A stretch of 64,000 nucleotides of DNA from contig NC_043007.1 of assembly GCF_006345805.1 (NCBI RefSeq), forward strand, positions 58,590,001-58,654,000, in the 5' to 3' direction. This DNA comes from Octopus sinensis. Taxonomy: Eukaryota. The notes under the pieces are model-generated. The model was given only the letters and a program-made list of their open reading frames with translations. It was not told where the DNA came from and did not search any database. A program made the position numbers and the translations under genes. This document shows positions 51,057 to 64,000 of this stretch, in pieces. The first letter of the stretch is position 1, and each line of letters starts with the position of its first letter.

Positions 51057-51699
51057 GTCTGTGTCCATAACAAAACTTTCAATGACCCAGTTCACCAAAC
51101 TATAAGTGGGTACAATATAGTTGAATGATCATGAGAATGCCGCTCAGGTAACATACTGCACACATTACACAAAATCAAATCTATAGTTGTAACAAAACGG
51201 AGAGTGAAGATAGTACAAACATATCCAGAGGCAACATTGCACTCTACACAATTAACCACTCCAGGTCAAAGTGTGTAATATCATACTCATCAAGGCAAAG
51301 ATATCATATAAGCTGTTGGCTGCCTGTCACAAGGGAAGTTTGATTAATGCTGACCTGGAACTAAAGTGCATAACACTCAGCATGAAATGTTGAACTAGAT
51401 TAATAACGACAACAAATATTTAAAGGCCATTACCTAAGTAGGGTTTCGTCTTGCAGAACACCTTGACAGTCTTCATTTTTAACCATAGTTTTTTTAAAAT
51501 TCTTTTTTAATGGTTTCAGTCATTTGACTGCAGCCATATAAGAGCACCACCTTGAAAGGTTTTTAGTCAAATGAAGTGACCCCAGTACTAATTTCTTTTT
51601 AAAGCCTAGTACTTATCCCATCAGTCTCTTTTTGCCGAAACGCCAAGTTACGGGGACATAAACACAGCAACAATGGTTGTCAAGCAAGTGATTGAACAC

Positions 51700-52088
51700 A
51701 CACACAGAGCGCCTTGTTTCCCTGGGCATGGATTCACTGAAGCTCCGGCGTCTAGCGACGGACTTGGTAAACACCCACAAGGTTATCAACCACCTCACCA
51801 ACAACAACACTGAACACCTTTTTGATCTCCATGTGTCTAACACACGTGGACATGCCTACAAAGTCAGAAAACAGCACAGCTCCCATGACTTTCGGAAACA
51901 TTTTTTCACGCTCAGGGTTGCTGAAGCGTGGAATAAACTGCCTGCATCAGTTGTTGACTGCCATGACCCTGCATCCTTTAAGGCCCTCATGCTTCCCGAA
52001 ATCCGTCGAAACTACACCTGATTATATATACACTTTAGATGAGTTGTAGTGCACCTGAGCACTGTACACAATTATTATTATTATTATA
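51700..52088 (+). mobile_element. 5'-truncated CR1/L2-type LINE 3' end inserted into a SINE
   Basis: SLKLRRLATDL...NTRGHAYKV...RKHFFTLRVAEAWNKLP is a typical CR1 C-terminus, followed by an (ATT)n tail. The two halves of an antisense SINE lie on either side. Confidence 0.85.
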
Positions 52089-52663
52089 TTATATATATAT
52101 ATATATATGACTGGCTTCTTTCAGTTTTCACTCTCAAGGTTTTGGTCAGCCCAAAGCTATAGTAGAAGACACTTGCCCAAGATGCCGTGCAATGGGACTG
52201 AACCTGGAACCATGTGGTTGGGAAGCAAGCTTCTTACCACACAGCCACACCTGTGCCCATACACATCATGGTTCCAATATTGAAGCAGTGTTTTACAGTT
52301 GGACCCTCTTGCTGATACCAAACCCCTTAACTTTTGATTAACAAGCAGGGAGGGATAACATGTGCCTATTCTAAAACCTGGGATAACGAATAGTATGGAA
52401 TGTTATACTGACACTTCTATCAGTGTTTAATGAATAGATAATTAATGAAACAAAAATATTTCATTTTCTAAACCAGCAGAATTAGTTATTGGTAACCCTT
52501 CATCTACTGGCAGAACAACCAATTCATAAAGGGAGAGGTGGAATGTGGAGGTAATAACAATGCTATTGTTAAAGTAACTATCACATGTTCAACAGCTAAC
52601 TCGAAACAATTGTCTCCTATTTCATACTTTTAGGGCAAGTGAGAAAAACTTTCTGTGTGTGTG

Positions 52664-52715
<52 letters not shown>

Positions 52716-55700
52716 TTCTGTATAGCTTACAAAGTTATGCAACAATAACATAATTATACTTGTTAACAAGACCAGATACAGAAACAATTTCTAAAAAAAC
52801 CATGTATTATAATGTTTTTGACTTGGATTAAAATTTTTATGAGTATAAGAGATAAAGTATAGATATATATTTGCACACTTGTGTGTGTGCACGCACGCAC
52901 ACATGCATATTCACCTTAGTGCCTACATATGCACACATATTCTGTAACTGATTCCTTTACACATTTCTATGAAAGGTGTAGTCTTGTCATTTCACATACA
53001 CTATATATTAATATGCACAGCTTCAAATTCAAATATACAGTTAAACATTATCGCAATCAATATTATCTATAAGACCTCCCCCAACATGTGGAAGTGTGAG
53101 AGATCATGATGACTCTCTAAGTATAATTAAAAGATTTGTGCAGCTAGAAATTTTGGGGTTTGTTGTTTTTTAGGAGTGGGGGATGGGCTTGTTTTTGGCT
53201 TTGTGTTTTAAAGCTTGTCCCATTTACAAATCATTAGTTGTTGGGATATTATAATTTTAATAAGTCTTAATGTATGTAAGAAGAGGTTTGAAATCCCAAG
53301 TGAGCATGTACAATCTCTTGACATTCCTTTTTGATAATTATACATTGTTTGAAGGCATGTGTCTCAGTGGTATTCAGCTCACAATTGTAAGGTCATGAGT
53401 TCAATTCTTGGTGGTGCATTGTGTCCTTGAGCAAGATATTTTATTTGACATTGCTCCAGTCCACTCACCTGACAAAAATATGTTGTATCTATATTTCAAA
53501 GAGCCAGCATTGTCACATTGTCATGCTGAATCTCCCTAAGAACTACATTAAGTGTACATATGTCTGTGGAATGCTCAACCACCTGCATGTTAGTTTTACA
53601 AGCAGGCTGTTTGGTTGATCAGATCAACTGGAATCCTCATCATTGTAACCAACAGAGTGCCAGTAGTAGGTAACATTATTTGAGAAGCACATCTCTACCT
53701 TTCCAAGTACAAATTAAAATAATCTCGAAATAAAATAATCTCATGAATAAATTAAATAAATCTCAGAACAAATTAACTATTTAAATATAATATAGGATCT
53801 GTTTAGGTTATTAATCTTTGAACTTAGATTGCTTTGTTTTAAATTGGAATTTATTTCATCATTTGACTTCAGTCTACAATTGCTGTGTTTACTTATGGGT
53901 AACAAAAGTCACCTTTAATATAACAACAGTTTATGTCAAGCTACATTTACCAATATTTCATGATGTGTCAAACATAGAAGCTAGTGGAAGCCATACAAGA
54001 AGTCTGCACTTGTATGCACATCCTGTCCACCACTGAACCATTAAAACACTGGGAATCCATAATTGCAGTATATCAGTGCTAAGAAGACAACAGTATATAA
54101 GTGAAGATCATATATTTGCACCATGGAGGGTCTCCATGACAAACTCAAGAAGTTAAAATATAAACAAATGAAGTCACTTGTTGAGTGGTTAAACAAATGC
54201 CCACAATTAATAATCTTCTATCTTTTGTTTCAGTCATTCGACTACAGCCATGCTGGGGCACCACCTTGAAGAAATTTTTAGTCAAATGAATCAACCCCAG
54301 TACTTTTTTGTTAAGCATGGTGTTTATTCTATTGTTCTCTTTTGCCAAACTAAGTTACAGTGATGTAAACACACCAACACCAGTTGTCAAACAGCAGTGG
54401 AGAACTGACACAAACACAGACACATATATAAAACCCATGCCAGCATGAAAGGTGGACATTAAATGATTATGATATATATATATCATCATCATCACTGTTT
54501 AACGTCCATCCTCTATGCATGCACAGATAGGATAGGAGCCAGTCAGGTAGAAAAACTACCCTGGCTACTGTGTCTGTTTTAGCAGAGTTTTTACAGCTGG
54601 ATGCCCTTCCAAATATATATATAACAGATACTTTTCAGTTTCTGTCTACCAAATCCACTCACAAGGCTTTGGTTGGCCTAAGGCTATACTAGAAGACACT
54701 TGCCCAAGGTGCCATGCAGTGGAACTGAACCCAAAACCATGTTGCTGGGAAGCAAGCTTCTTACCACACAGCCATCCCTTTTTAAAACATTTACATTCAA
54801 TGAATAGACTGATTGTACATCTTTATTCAAGTATAATACATACCCTTTTTCTTGATCTTTAAAACTAAAATTTAGGGGTGCATGTTAAACACAAAAACTG
54901 AATGCCCTGGTCCAAAGTGCATGGCCGTATTTGGAAAACTAACCAATAACTAAATCACTATAATATAAATTTTTCAGTAACAGTGATGATAAATTTTCAC
55001 TATATTTTTTAAGTAAGCATTAATCCTCTTCATCAAAGAGAGTGGCCTTACACTTCTGCTGTGGAGGACGGGTCTTCATGAGTACAGCAAGGTGCCAGAT
55101 ATCTCAGTCCTTTGTCATCTCTTCTAAAGGGTTCAGTGTCCTGAGGTCATTCCTACATTCCAAAAGCTATTATCTAGCATTATAAAAAGGCAGAAATTGT
55201 TGTCAGGGGTCTCTTACCTTAATAGTACAGAGCGCTCAGCCAGAATGTGAGAGGTACAGGGTGTGATTCTCTGTAGAGGCTAGCTGGTCACTTTTTTCCG
55301 TCTTCTAAAGGGTATTTATTTTATTCTTTTACTTGTTTCAGTCATTTGACTGCGACCACACTGGAGCACTGCCTTAACGGGTTTTTTAGTTGAAGAAATC
55401 GACCCCCAGGACTTATTCTTTGTAAGCCTAGTACTTATTCTATCAGTCTCTTTTGCCAAACTGCTAAGATATGGGGACATAAACACACCAACATTGGTTG
55501 TCAAACAATGGTGAGGCAACAAATACAGACAAAGATAAACACATAAATACATACAAGACTTTGGTTGGCCCAAGACTATAGAAGGCACTTGCCCAAAGTA
55601 CCATACAGTGGAACTAAACCTGGAACCATGTAGTTGGGGAGCAAGCTTCTTACCACACAGCCATGTCTGCACCTATTTATTCAATCTTCTAAGTTGTCTT

Positions 55701-57588
55701 CACAGCAACCCTGTGCTCCAGAATTCCTTTATTTTCTGTAGAATTTTGATGTGATTCTTTTATTTTCAGAATGATATTGTAGAGTGAAAGGATAGATGTG
55801 ACCAGTTTGAACATAAAACAGAAAGAATATTTGGGGAGGATATGGTCAGTTTAAATGCTAAAGGGTTAAATATCTAAATTTTATATCTTTAATAGTCATC
55901 ACACATAATTGTTTATATCAGAGATTATATCAATTTGTCCAACTAAATATAGCAAAATTTTACTCATAATTGCTGAGATGAAATAATAAGGAAATGAAAT
56001 TGACATTAGTGCCAATGAAACACTTTTTTTTTAGATATAATTTCATAATCTACAGATGCTGTTTGTCTATGGTATCATCCCATGAAATTACAAACTGAAG
56101 CATTTTTCAGAAAATTTAAAATGTTATCTGAGCTTATTCAGATTTTAAAAACTTGTGAGTGGATTTCGTAGATGGAACCTGAAAGAAACCGTGTGTGTGT
56201 TTCCTCTTACCTAGACATCACATGATGGTTGTAAATGAGCATGATAGAAGTGACATTCTTCATGAAAAATGTCTAGCTATGGGAAAACAATATCTTGCTT
56301 TTAAACAGGTGAGGGTCAGTCACAAGAAAGGCATCTGACCATAGAAAATCTGCCTCAACAAATTCATTCTTACCCATGCAAGCTTAGAAAAGTGGATATT
56401 AAAAGATGATGATGATATTTACTGTCCTCAGAATATCATGCCGCTGCTAAAGAAGTTTCTTTTTAAGCCATTACATTCTCTTTCTCGGTCCAATTTTCAG
56501 TGCAATCTCTAAACTAACTGGACTGAAATAAATATACTAAAGCAATCAACATCCTGCTTGGTATTGAGTACAGCAGCAAATATTCTTTTTTAAATGATCT
56601 CACAGATCTCTCAAAAATGCTTTACTCTTCTACTCAGCACCATCCAATGTTAACTATTAAAGAATATCATCCCAGTACTCTAGGGATTTCATCTCATAGA
56701 AAATACAATCTAGTGTTCAGTTCAGCAGTAAATAGCTTTGTTAATATCTTTGCTATCAACACATTATGTTAATTTGTTATTAATTGGAATTTTTTGTGTA
56801 TCTATGCATGAATTACTATCCAAACATAATTTTTCATTGTTTTCATTGCTGCCATATAAAATCTGTATTCATAACATCTGAGCTCTTTAACTACTTATAA
56901 TTCTAGTACCTCTTAAACTGGAATAGGTTTACATTTTTAGAGCTATGCCATGTATATTAAATAACACAACTTACACAACACATGAATTTCTCAATTGACT
57001 GACACAAACATCATCATTCTCATTTACAACCCATGTTCCATGAAGGCATGCAATATATAAATATCTCTCCCAACAAACACATGCAAATCTGACCATTATT
57101 AATGTTGAATATTTAGCTTCATAATAGCCCGTGTATGAATTACAGTCCAAACACAAGCTGTCTGAATGCTTTGCTGCCAATTTTCAACTTATATTCGCTA
57201 CAAGTGTCAGAATGTGTAATACTTACGTACTTTGAATTCTAGTGCCACTTAAACTGGGTAAGTAAATGGACACTCATACATACAACTTTATTTTTATAAC
57301 TGAGAATCCTTTATTATATAGAGACGTACATGTTTATATATTTACATATATAACATATATACAATACACATATTTATACACATGTATGTGTATATGTGTA
57401 TGTATATATGTATATATATATATATATATATATTGACAATATTAAAAATAAGGATTACTCCGAAGTAGTAATAACATTACCTTTAATTCTGTAATTATAT
57501 ACTGCATTTATTGGATTTATGTTAACTGTTGAATAGCATATTTTGAATATCTGAAAGCAAACTGGTAATTGTTTGGGAGTAATCCCTT

Positions 57589-57627
<39 letters not shown>

Positions 57628-59796
57628 GCACACACACACGTGGCTGTGTAGTGAGAGGCTTGCTTCCCAACCACATGTATCCACGTTCAGTCCTACTGTG
57701 TAGCAACTTTGGCAAGTGTCTTCTGCTACAGCCTCAGGCCAACCAAAGCTTTGTGAGTGGATTTGGTAAACAGAAACTGAAAAAAGCCAGTCGTATATAT
57801 ACATATGTAATGTGTGTGTGTATATATAAGCACAGGTGTGGCAGTATGGTATGAAGTTTCCTTCACAACCACATGATTTGAGGTTCAGTCCCACAGTGTG
57901 ACAACTTGAGCAACCAAAGTCTTGCGAGTGGACTTCATTGAGAGAAACTGAAGGAAGCCAGTCACATGTATGCATGTATCTATGTATGAGTGTGTGTATG
58001 TTTGACATCATGTGGTAGTTGCAAATGAGTATAATTGTCACCTGAGTTATGTCGTTCCCTTCCAATATACTTCAAAGACAAGTCTGGCAATGGGAAAATA
58101 TTAACTTGCTTGAAAACAAGTGAGGGTTGGTGACAGGAAGGATATCCATTCGTGGAAAATCTATTTCAATAAACTCTGACCGCCATGGAAAAATAGCTGT
58201 TAAAATGATGATTATGGTATATAACTTTATGATTTACCTTTTACTTGTTTCAGTCATTGGACTGTGGTCATGCTGAAGCACCGCTTTGAAGGGTTTAGTT
58301 GTACAAATCAACACCAGTACTTATATTTTAAGTCTGGTACTTACTCTATCAGTTTTTCTTGCCAAACATAAATAAAACAAACACCAGTTGTCAAGTGGTG
58401 GTGATGGAACAAAGATACACCACATACACACAACGGTGTTTTAGTTACTGTCTACGAAATCCACTCACAAGGCTTTGATCGGGTCGGGGCTATATAAAAA
58501 GAAAAAAAAAACTACTTGCACAAGGTGCCATGCAGTGGGATTGAACCCAGAACCAGAAGACTGAGAAGCAAACTTCTAACCAAACAGTCAGTATGACACA
58601 CCTAGAAGCGAAATACCTTGTAGTAATTATTCCGGTTGTCTATGTTGTAAACTGAACCCAGCTGATGTCAACTATGTCTTTTGGGACCCATAAATAAGTA
58701 CCAGTAAACGGCGTTAGACTTGTGGGACCGCTGGTGCCGAGTGGGATGCTTTGTATGATATTTGTATCTATCAGCCATCATGGAAAGAACTGGAAATACA
58801 CTACGTACAAGCTCATAGTGAACCATCGAGCAACAGAGTGAGCCACGTTATTCGACCTACTGAGAGCAGACGATACATGATGATGATATAAAAGTACAGG
58901 GAATGTTTAGTGTTCCGAATGATGAAGAATATGTATGTGTGAAGTACCCGATATGGTGTAGAGTTGAAATTACGTCAACAACACTGAGCTTATTTATACA
59001 GCACCAGAGGAGAGTATTTAGAGAAAAGATCAGATGTGATGAGACGAGGTGAAACGCTTTAAAAGGCCTTAACGAAGCGAAACGAAAATACAACTTTCAG
59101 AGGCCACAAAGCATCCACCCCGTTCTTCTGACTAACTAACATTAAGTCCTCAAATGAATATTTAGATACATCAAACAGAAAGTGATGAATATATTTATCA
59201 ATTTTCTACCCATAAATAAGTACATGTGAGTATATATATATATATATATAATCGATGAACTACAATTGTTATCAGGAAAGAAAAATTCAATGGAAAATGA
59301 TTTTTGGTTAAGTTTTGGTGACAAAACCCGGAGAATGAGCTTGTACCTCATATAAGTGCGGCTCATTGAATGGAATATTTCACTAATTCTAAATTTTAGA
59401 GATATTTAATGCCGAAATAATTATTATCTAAAACTTCTTTTTCAAGAATTGTTCATTTATGAAAAAACATTTTAATCATTCATAATCTTAAAAAGCTTCC
59501 TAGTAATTTAAACAAAGCAATATATATTGTTAAAATATACGCTTTTAAAGCCATCATGTGTACAAACACACATTATACATATATATATATATACACACAC
59601 ACACACGTATATCATTATTCTTGCAGGTTTGTTTGGGTTTTGAAACCTAAACTAAAGGTCTGCTTCTCTCAAAAAAATTTTTTTTCGTCTCATGAGTAAT
59701 TTAGTAGTTATATTAATGTATCGATTATGTGTTCATATCCATTGACAAATATCGGTACCTAATTATTGATCGTATTTATAAAGTGTATTTACTTAC

Positions 59797-59960
59797 CAGA
59801 AGCGATGTAGACGACATACGAAGTAAAGATGGTGATTACAACGATAACAAGTAGGCGGAGACCTAAAACTGGAGGAGGTGAGGAGATATCGTGAGAGAGG
59901 GACATATAGACATAGAGAGAGAAGGGGAGAGAAGTAAGAGGCTTGCAGAGACAAATTCAC
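59797..59960 (-). other. TPRA1: Probable first (5' leader) exon of TPRA1; intron 1 about 17 kb
   Basis: Strong donor CTG|GTAAGTAA at 59796, CpG-retaining region immediately downstream of tandem ETS motifs, and the next strong acceptor is the TPRA1 exon at 42810. The linkage and 5' end are inferred. Confidence 0.65.
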
Positions 59961-59974
59961 CACTTCCGCTTCCG
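59961..59974 (-). promoter_or_regulatory. Tandem ETS/GABP-type motifs (CGGAAGCGGAAGTG), probable TATA-less housekeeping promoter
   Basis: Two abutting CGGAAG cores directly upstream of the candidate first exon, in CpG-rich sequence. Confidence 0.6.
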
Positions 59975-60346
59975 TTTAGTGTTACGAAATGAAGCGCAAT
60001 TTTTTTCTCCGAATTTGAAACATAAAAATAAACGAAACGGAATTTCTTAAATTCTTATTACGTCATAAGCTTATATCCTTTTAATTAACATGTTTGAATT
60101 TTTTCTTTGACATATTTTAATTTTTAATTTATTTCTGCTTTTTTAAGGCTAACATATTGGCGAAAATTATCGATATTTCATCCTTGGATATTTTCACCTG
60201 CGATTATTTTTTTCGCAATTTCTTTTTCCGGTCGTTCAATTTTATATTTGTATAAATCAAGTTTGCTTTGGTTACCACTAATTAAGTTTCCTAAGAAACC
60301 ACTTCTTGGAAACTGTGTGTGAAGTTTGATATTTGCAGTGGTGATA

Positions 60347-60379
<33 letters not shown>

Positions 60380-60396
60380 ATGTATGTATGTATGTA

Positions 60397-60438
<42 letters not shown>

Positions 60439-60469
60439 AACACCACACATATATACATCTATTTGTATT

Positions 60470-60842
60470 ATATCATCATCGTCATCATTTAGCGTCCGCT
60501 TTCCATGCTAGCATGGGTTGGACGGCTCAACTGGGGTCTGGGAGGTCAGAAGGCTGCACCAGGCCCAGTCTGATCTGGCAATGTTTCTACGGCTGGATGC
60601 CCTTCCTAATGCCAACCACTCCGTGAGTGTAGTGGGTGCTTTTTACGTCCCAGATGGGGCTGGCAAACGGCCACGGTCGGATGGTGCTTTTTACGTGCCA
60701 CCAGCACGGGGGCCAGGCGAGGCTTACAACGGCCACGATCGGATGGTGTCTTTTACGTGCCACCGGCACGGATGCCCGTCGAGGCGGCGCTGGCAACAGC
60801 CACGTTCGGATGGTTCGCTTACATGCCACCGGCACTGGTATC
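60470..60842 (-). mobile_element. RTE 3'-UTR-only copy (heavily truncated LINE or its SINE partner)
   Basis: Close similarity to 46580-46900 and to the reverse complement of 2700-2990. Confidence 0.8.
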
Positions 60843-61309
60843 ACATATATATATATTTTATATATATATATATATAGTATATATATATATATATATATAA
60901 TATATATATATATATAATATATATATATATATAATATATAAATAGTATATATATATATATATGTAGGTCCCGGGTTGATCCGGGGTTAACCACGTAAGTA
61001 AGTAGTACTCAAAATACATAGCAGAGTAAAATAATTTATATATAGAAGGAGCTTCACAGGACTAGTCTGTTTCATTCAAGAGAAATCTTCAGGAAGCTAT
61101 TTAACAAGAATTGTATTAGCATTTCATATATACATTTAGGCAGGTTTAAGGAGTGGTGGTGGGGGACTTTTTTGGGGGTAGGCATAGCGCAAAATATCAT
61201 AACTGCGGAGGGGAGTGGTCAAGGAGTCAGTGGCAGTAGATGTGAAAGAATAGATAAATAAAAAAATAAAAAATAAAAAATAAAAAATAAAAATAGAAAA
61301 ATAAAAAAT

Positions 61310-62579
61310 AAAATGTGTGCACATACATACATAAAACACATATACATACACACACACAATACGTACACATGTGTGCCTATACATACCTACACATACACAC
61401 ATACACATACATACACAGTATATATATATAAATACATATATATATATATATTATATAATATATATTATACATATATATATATCTATATACACAATCCAAT
61501 ACAGGCCCATTCCCTAATTTAATTTTATTATCTTCATTTATACTTTTGTATCTTTGATCGCTAGATTAGAGTTAAGGATCCTGGCGATGGCAGCATGTCC
61601 AAATTGTCTGTCTACTAGAAGGCAAGTACTCGCCCACACGCACACTCATTAGCACGTACATACACCCATTCGTACACTCATACACATACACGTACGCACG
61701 CGTTATATTCATACATACAAACATCTACATTTGTTCACGTATATACACATACGTACTCGTACCTACAGATTCATGTCTACACTTTAGGAGGCTAGTCTAT
61801 ATTATACACCATAAATATACTATATATATAAGATACATATATATATATACACATAACACATTACACACACACAAACCACACATATATATACTCCTACATA
61901 CAGATACATACCTATATATATATATATATAAACCCACACATACATGTACATATATATATATACATATACATACATATATATATATATTACATTAATAATA
62001 TATATATAAATACATACAACACACACACCCATATATATACACACACATACATACACATATATATACATACCAAACATATATACACACATATATATATATA
62101 TATATATACATATATACACCACATACATACACACAACTAATACATATACACACAAACACATACATACGTAAACATACATACATACCTCCATACATCCATA
62201 CTTACATGCACTTATACGCATACACACCACCCCCCATCTAATATATATATATAACACACTCACACATACATATACAAATATACGCCCACACATACATACA
62301 TACATACACGTATACGCATACACGCACATACACATATACATGCGTACCCATACACGTGCCCACACGCACATGCATCCAATGTATACACACACACACATAT
62401 ATACACGTGTTCAAGCATACATACATACAATACACGCAACACATACTTACATCACATATATGCACACACTTCCACAAATATATACATACACATATACATG
62501 CATACATACATATATGCCATACATACACACACGCGCACTCATATATACATATATATATACACACATTACACACATATAC

Positions 62580-62624
<45 letters not shown>

Positions 62625-62868
62625 TATATATATACACACATACACATACACACATATAACATACATATACACATAACATATATATACACATATACACTAA
62701 ATACATGCACACATACACACACATACACATACACCTACATCATTAATATATATATATATATACACATATATACACACACGTAACATATACACTACATAAA
62801 TACACACTACATACATATGACATTACCACACACCACATACATATATACACGGATACACATACCCATAC

Positions 62869-62899
<31 letters not shown>

Positions 62900-63544
62900 T
62901 ATACACTGCATATATATATCTCACATACTCACATATAATACAAATATCTATATATACACACACACACACATATATACATGTACCACACATACACATATAA
63001 TACATATATACACATACACAACATAATATATAAATAATATACACCTACATATACATATATATACATATATATATATATATAATATATATACATATACCCC
63101 CACATATATACATATATATATATATACACCACATATACACCACACACACACACATACATATACACATATACATGTAACATACGCAATAATGATACACATA
63201 TATACACATACAACCACACAGACAGATGCATATACATACTATATATTATAAAAAATTACATATCTATATAAATACATACATAATACACATATAACACACA
63301 CATATAACACCATATACATACATATATTATATTATATAAATACATACATATATATACATTACATATACAATATATACATATATACATACACATGCACATA
63401 CATATACAAATATACATAACATGCATACACACACCGCGCGCCACATACATACACACCACACATATACAAATACATACATACACACATACACACACACACA
63501 TATATATACATACATGTACACATACACATATAATACAATATAAT

Positions 63545-63577
<33 letters not shown>

Positions 63578-64000
63578 CATAATACACATACATATATATA
63601 TATATCAACAAGGGAGGGTAAAGTTATTAGTTATTAATCAAAATTCACCAAGAATTCAGTATGTAAAGGGACCATTATTATTTTGAGTAAACAATGTTAG
63701 AGGGAAAAATTCTCTAAGTAGGTGGAAGAGGCTAAAAACTTTATTGGCTGCTATTTCTAGAAAGTTTAGTATGTGCAAAGTAATTTATTTTATTTTACTA
63801 AGCCCTAATATATAATATTTTATACATACATACACATACAAAACACATACATTTACAGTATATCCACATATACGTACAAACACATATACATATATACACA
63901 CACACACCGCACACATACAAGCACATACATATATATATAATATATATATATATTCATATATGCAAACATATATATATATATTTTTTTTTTACATGCATAC
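61310..64000. repeat. Long degenerate CA/TA low-complexity satellite field with small unique islands
   Basis: Visible directly in the sequence; the source of many spurious Y/I/C/V/M/H/T ORFs. Confidence 0.95.

Overview
This is AT-rich, microsatellite-dense eukaryotic genomic DNA. The SINE/RTE repertoire suggests an octopus (cephalopod) genome, but that is inference. There are two host genes, both on the minus strand. (1) A complete TPRA1/GPR175 gene: 10 coding exons between 42759 and 24057, assembled by hand into a 1281-nt CDS (426 aa) with all GT-AG phases consistent, plus a probable first exon at about 59797-59960 behind a tandem ETS-motif promoter. (2) The first coding exon of a RAB29 (Rab7L1)-like GTPase at 5132-5255/5276, whose remaining exons appear to lie left of the window. 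The rest is mobile DNA: two Helitron remnants (one with an uninterrupted 405-codon PIF1 helicase frame), a GIN/Ginger- or Gypsy-type integrase remnant with palindromic terminal arrays, a full-length degenerate mariner, a maT/DD37D element, RTE and CR1 LINE fragments, three SINE families, TTAA MITEs, several fold-back elements and long TA/CA satellites. The most interesting observations are four hammerhead-ribozyme-like motifs on the TPRA1 sense strand (one with a fully intact catalytic core in intron 1, one at the turn of a 155-bp near-perfect palindrome) and a spliced upstream ORF that could encode a 55-aa single-pass membrane microprotein overlapping the TPRA1 start codon.
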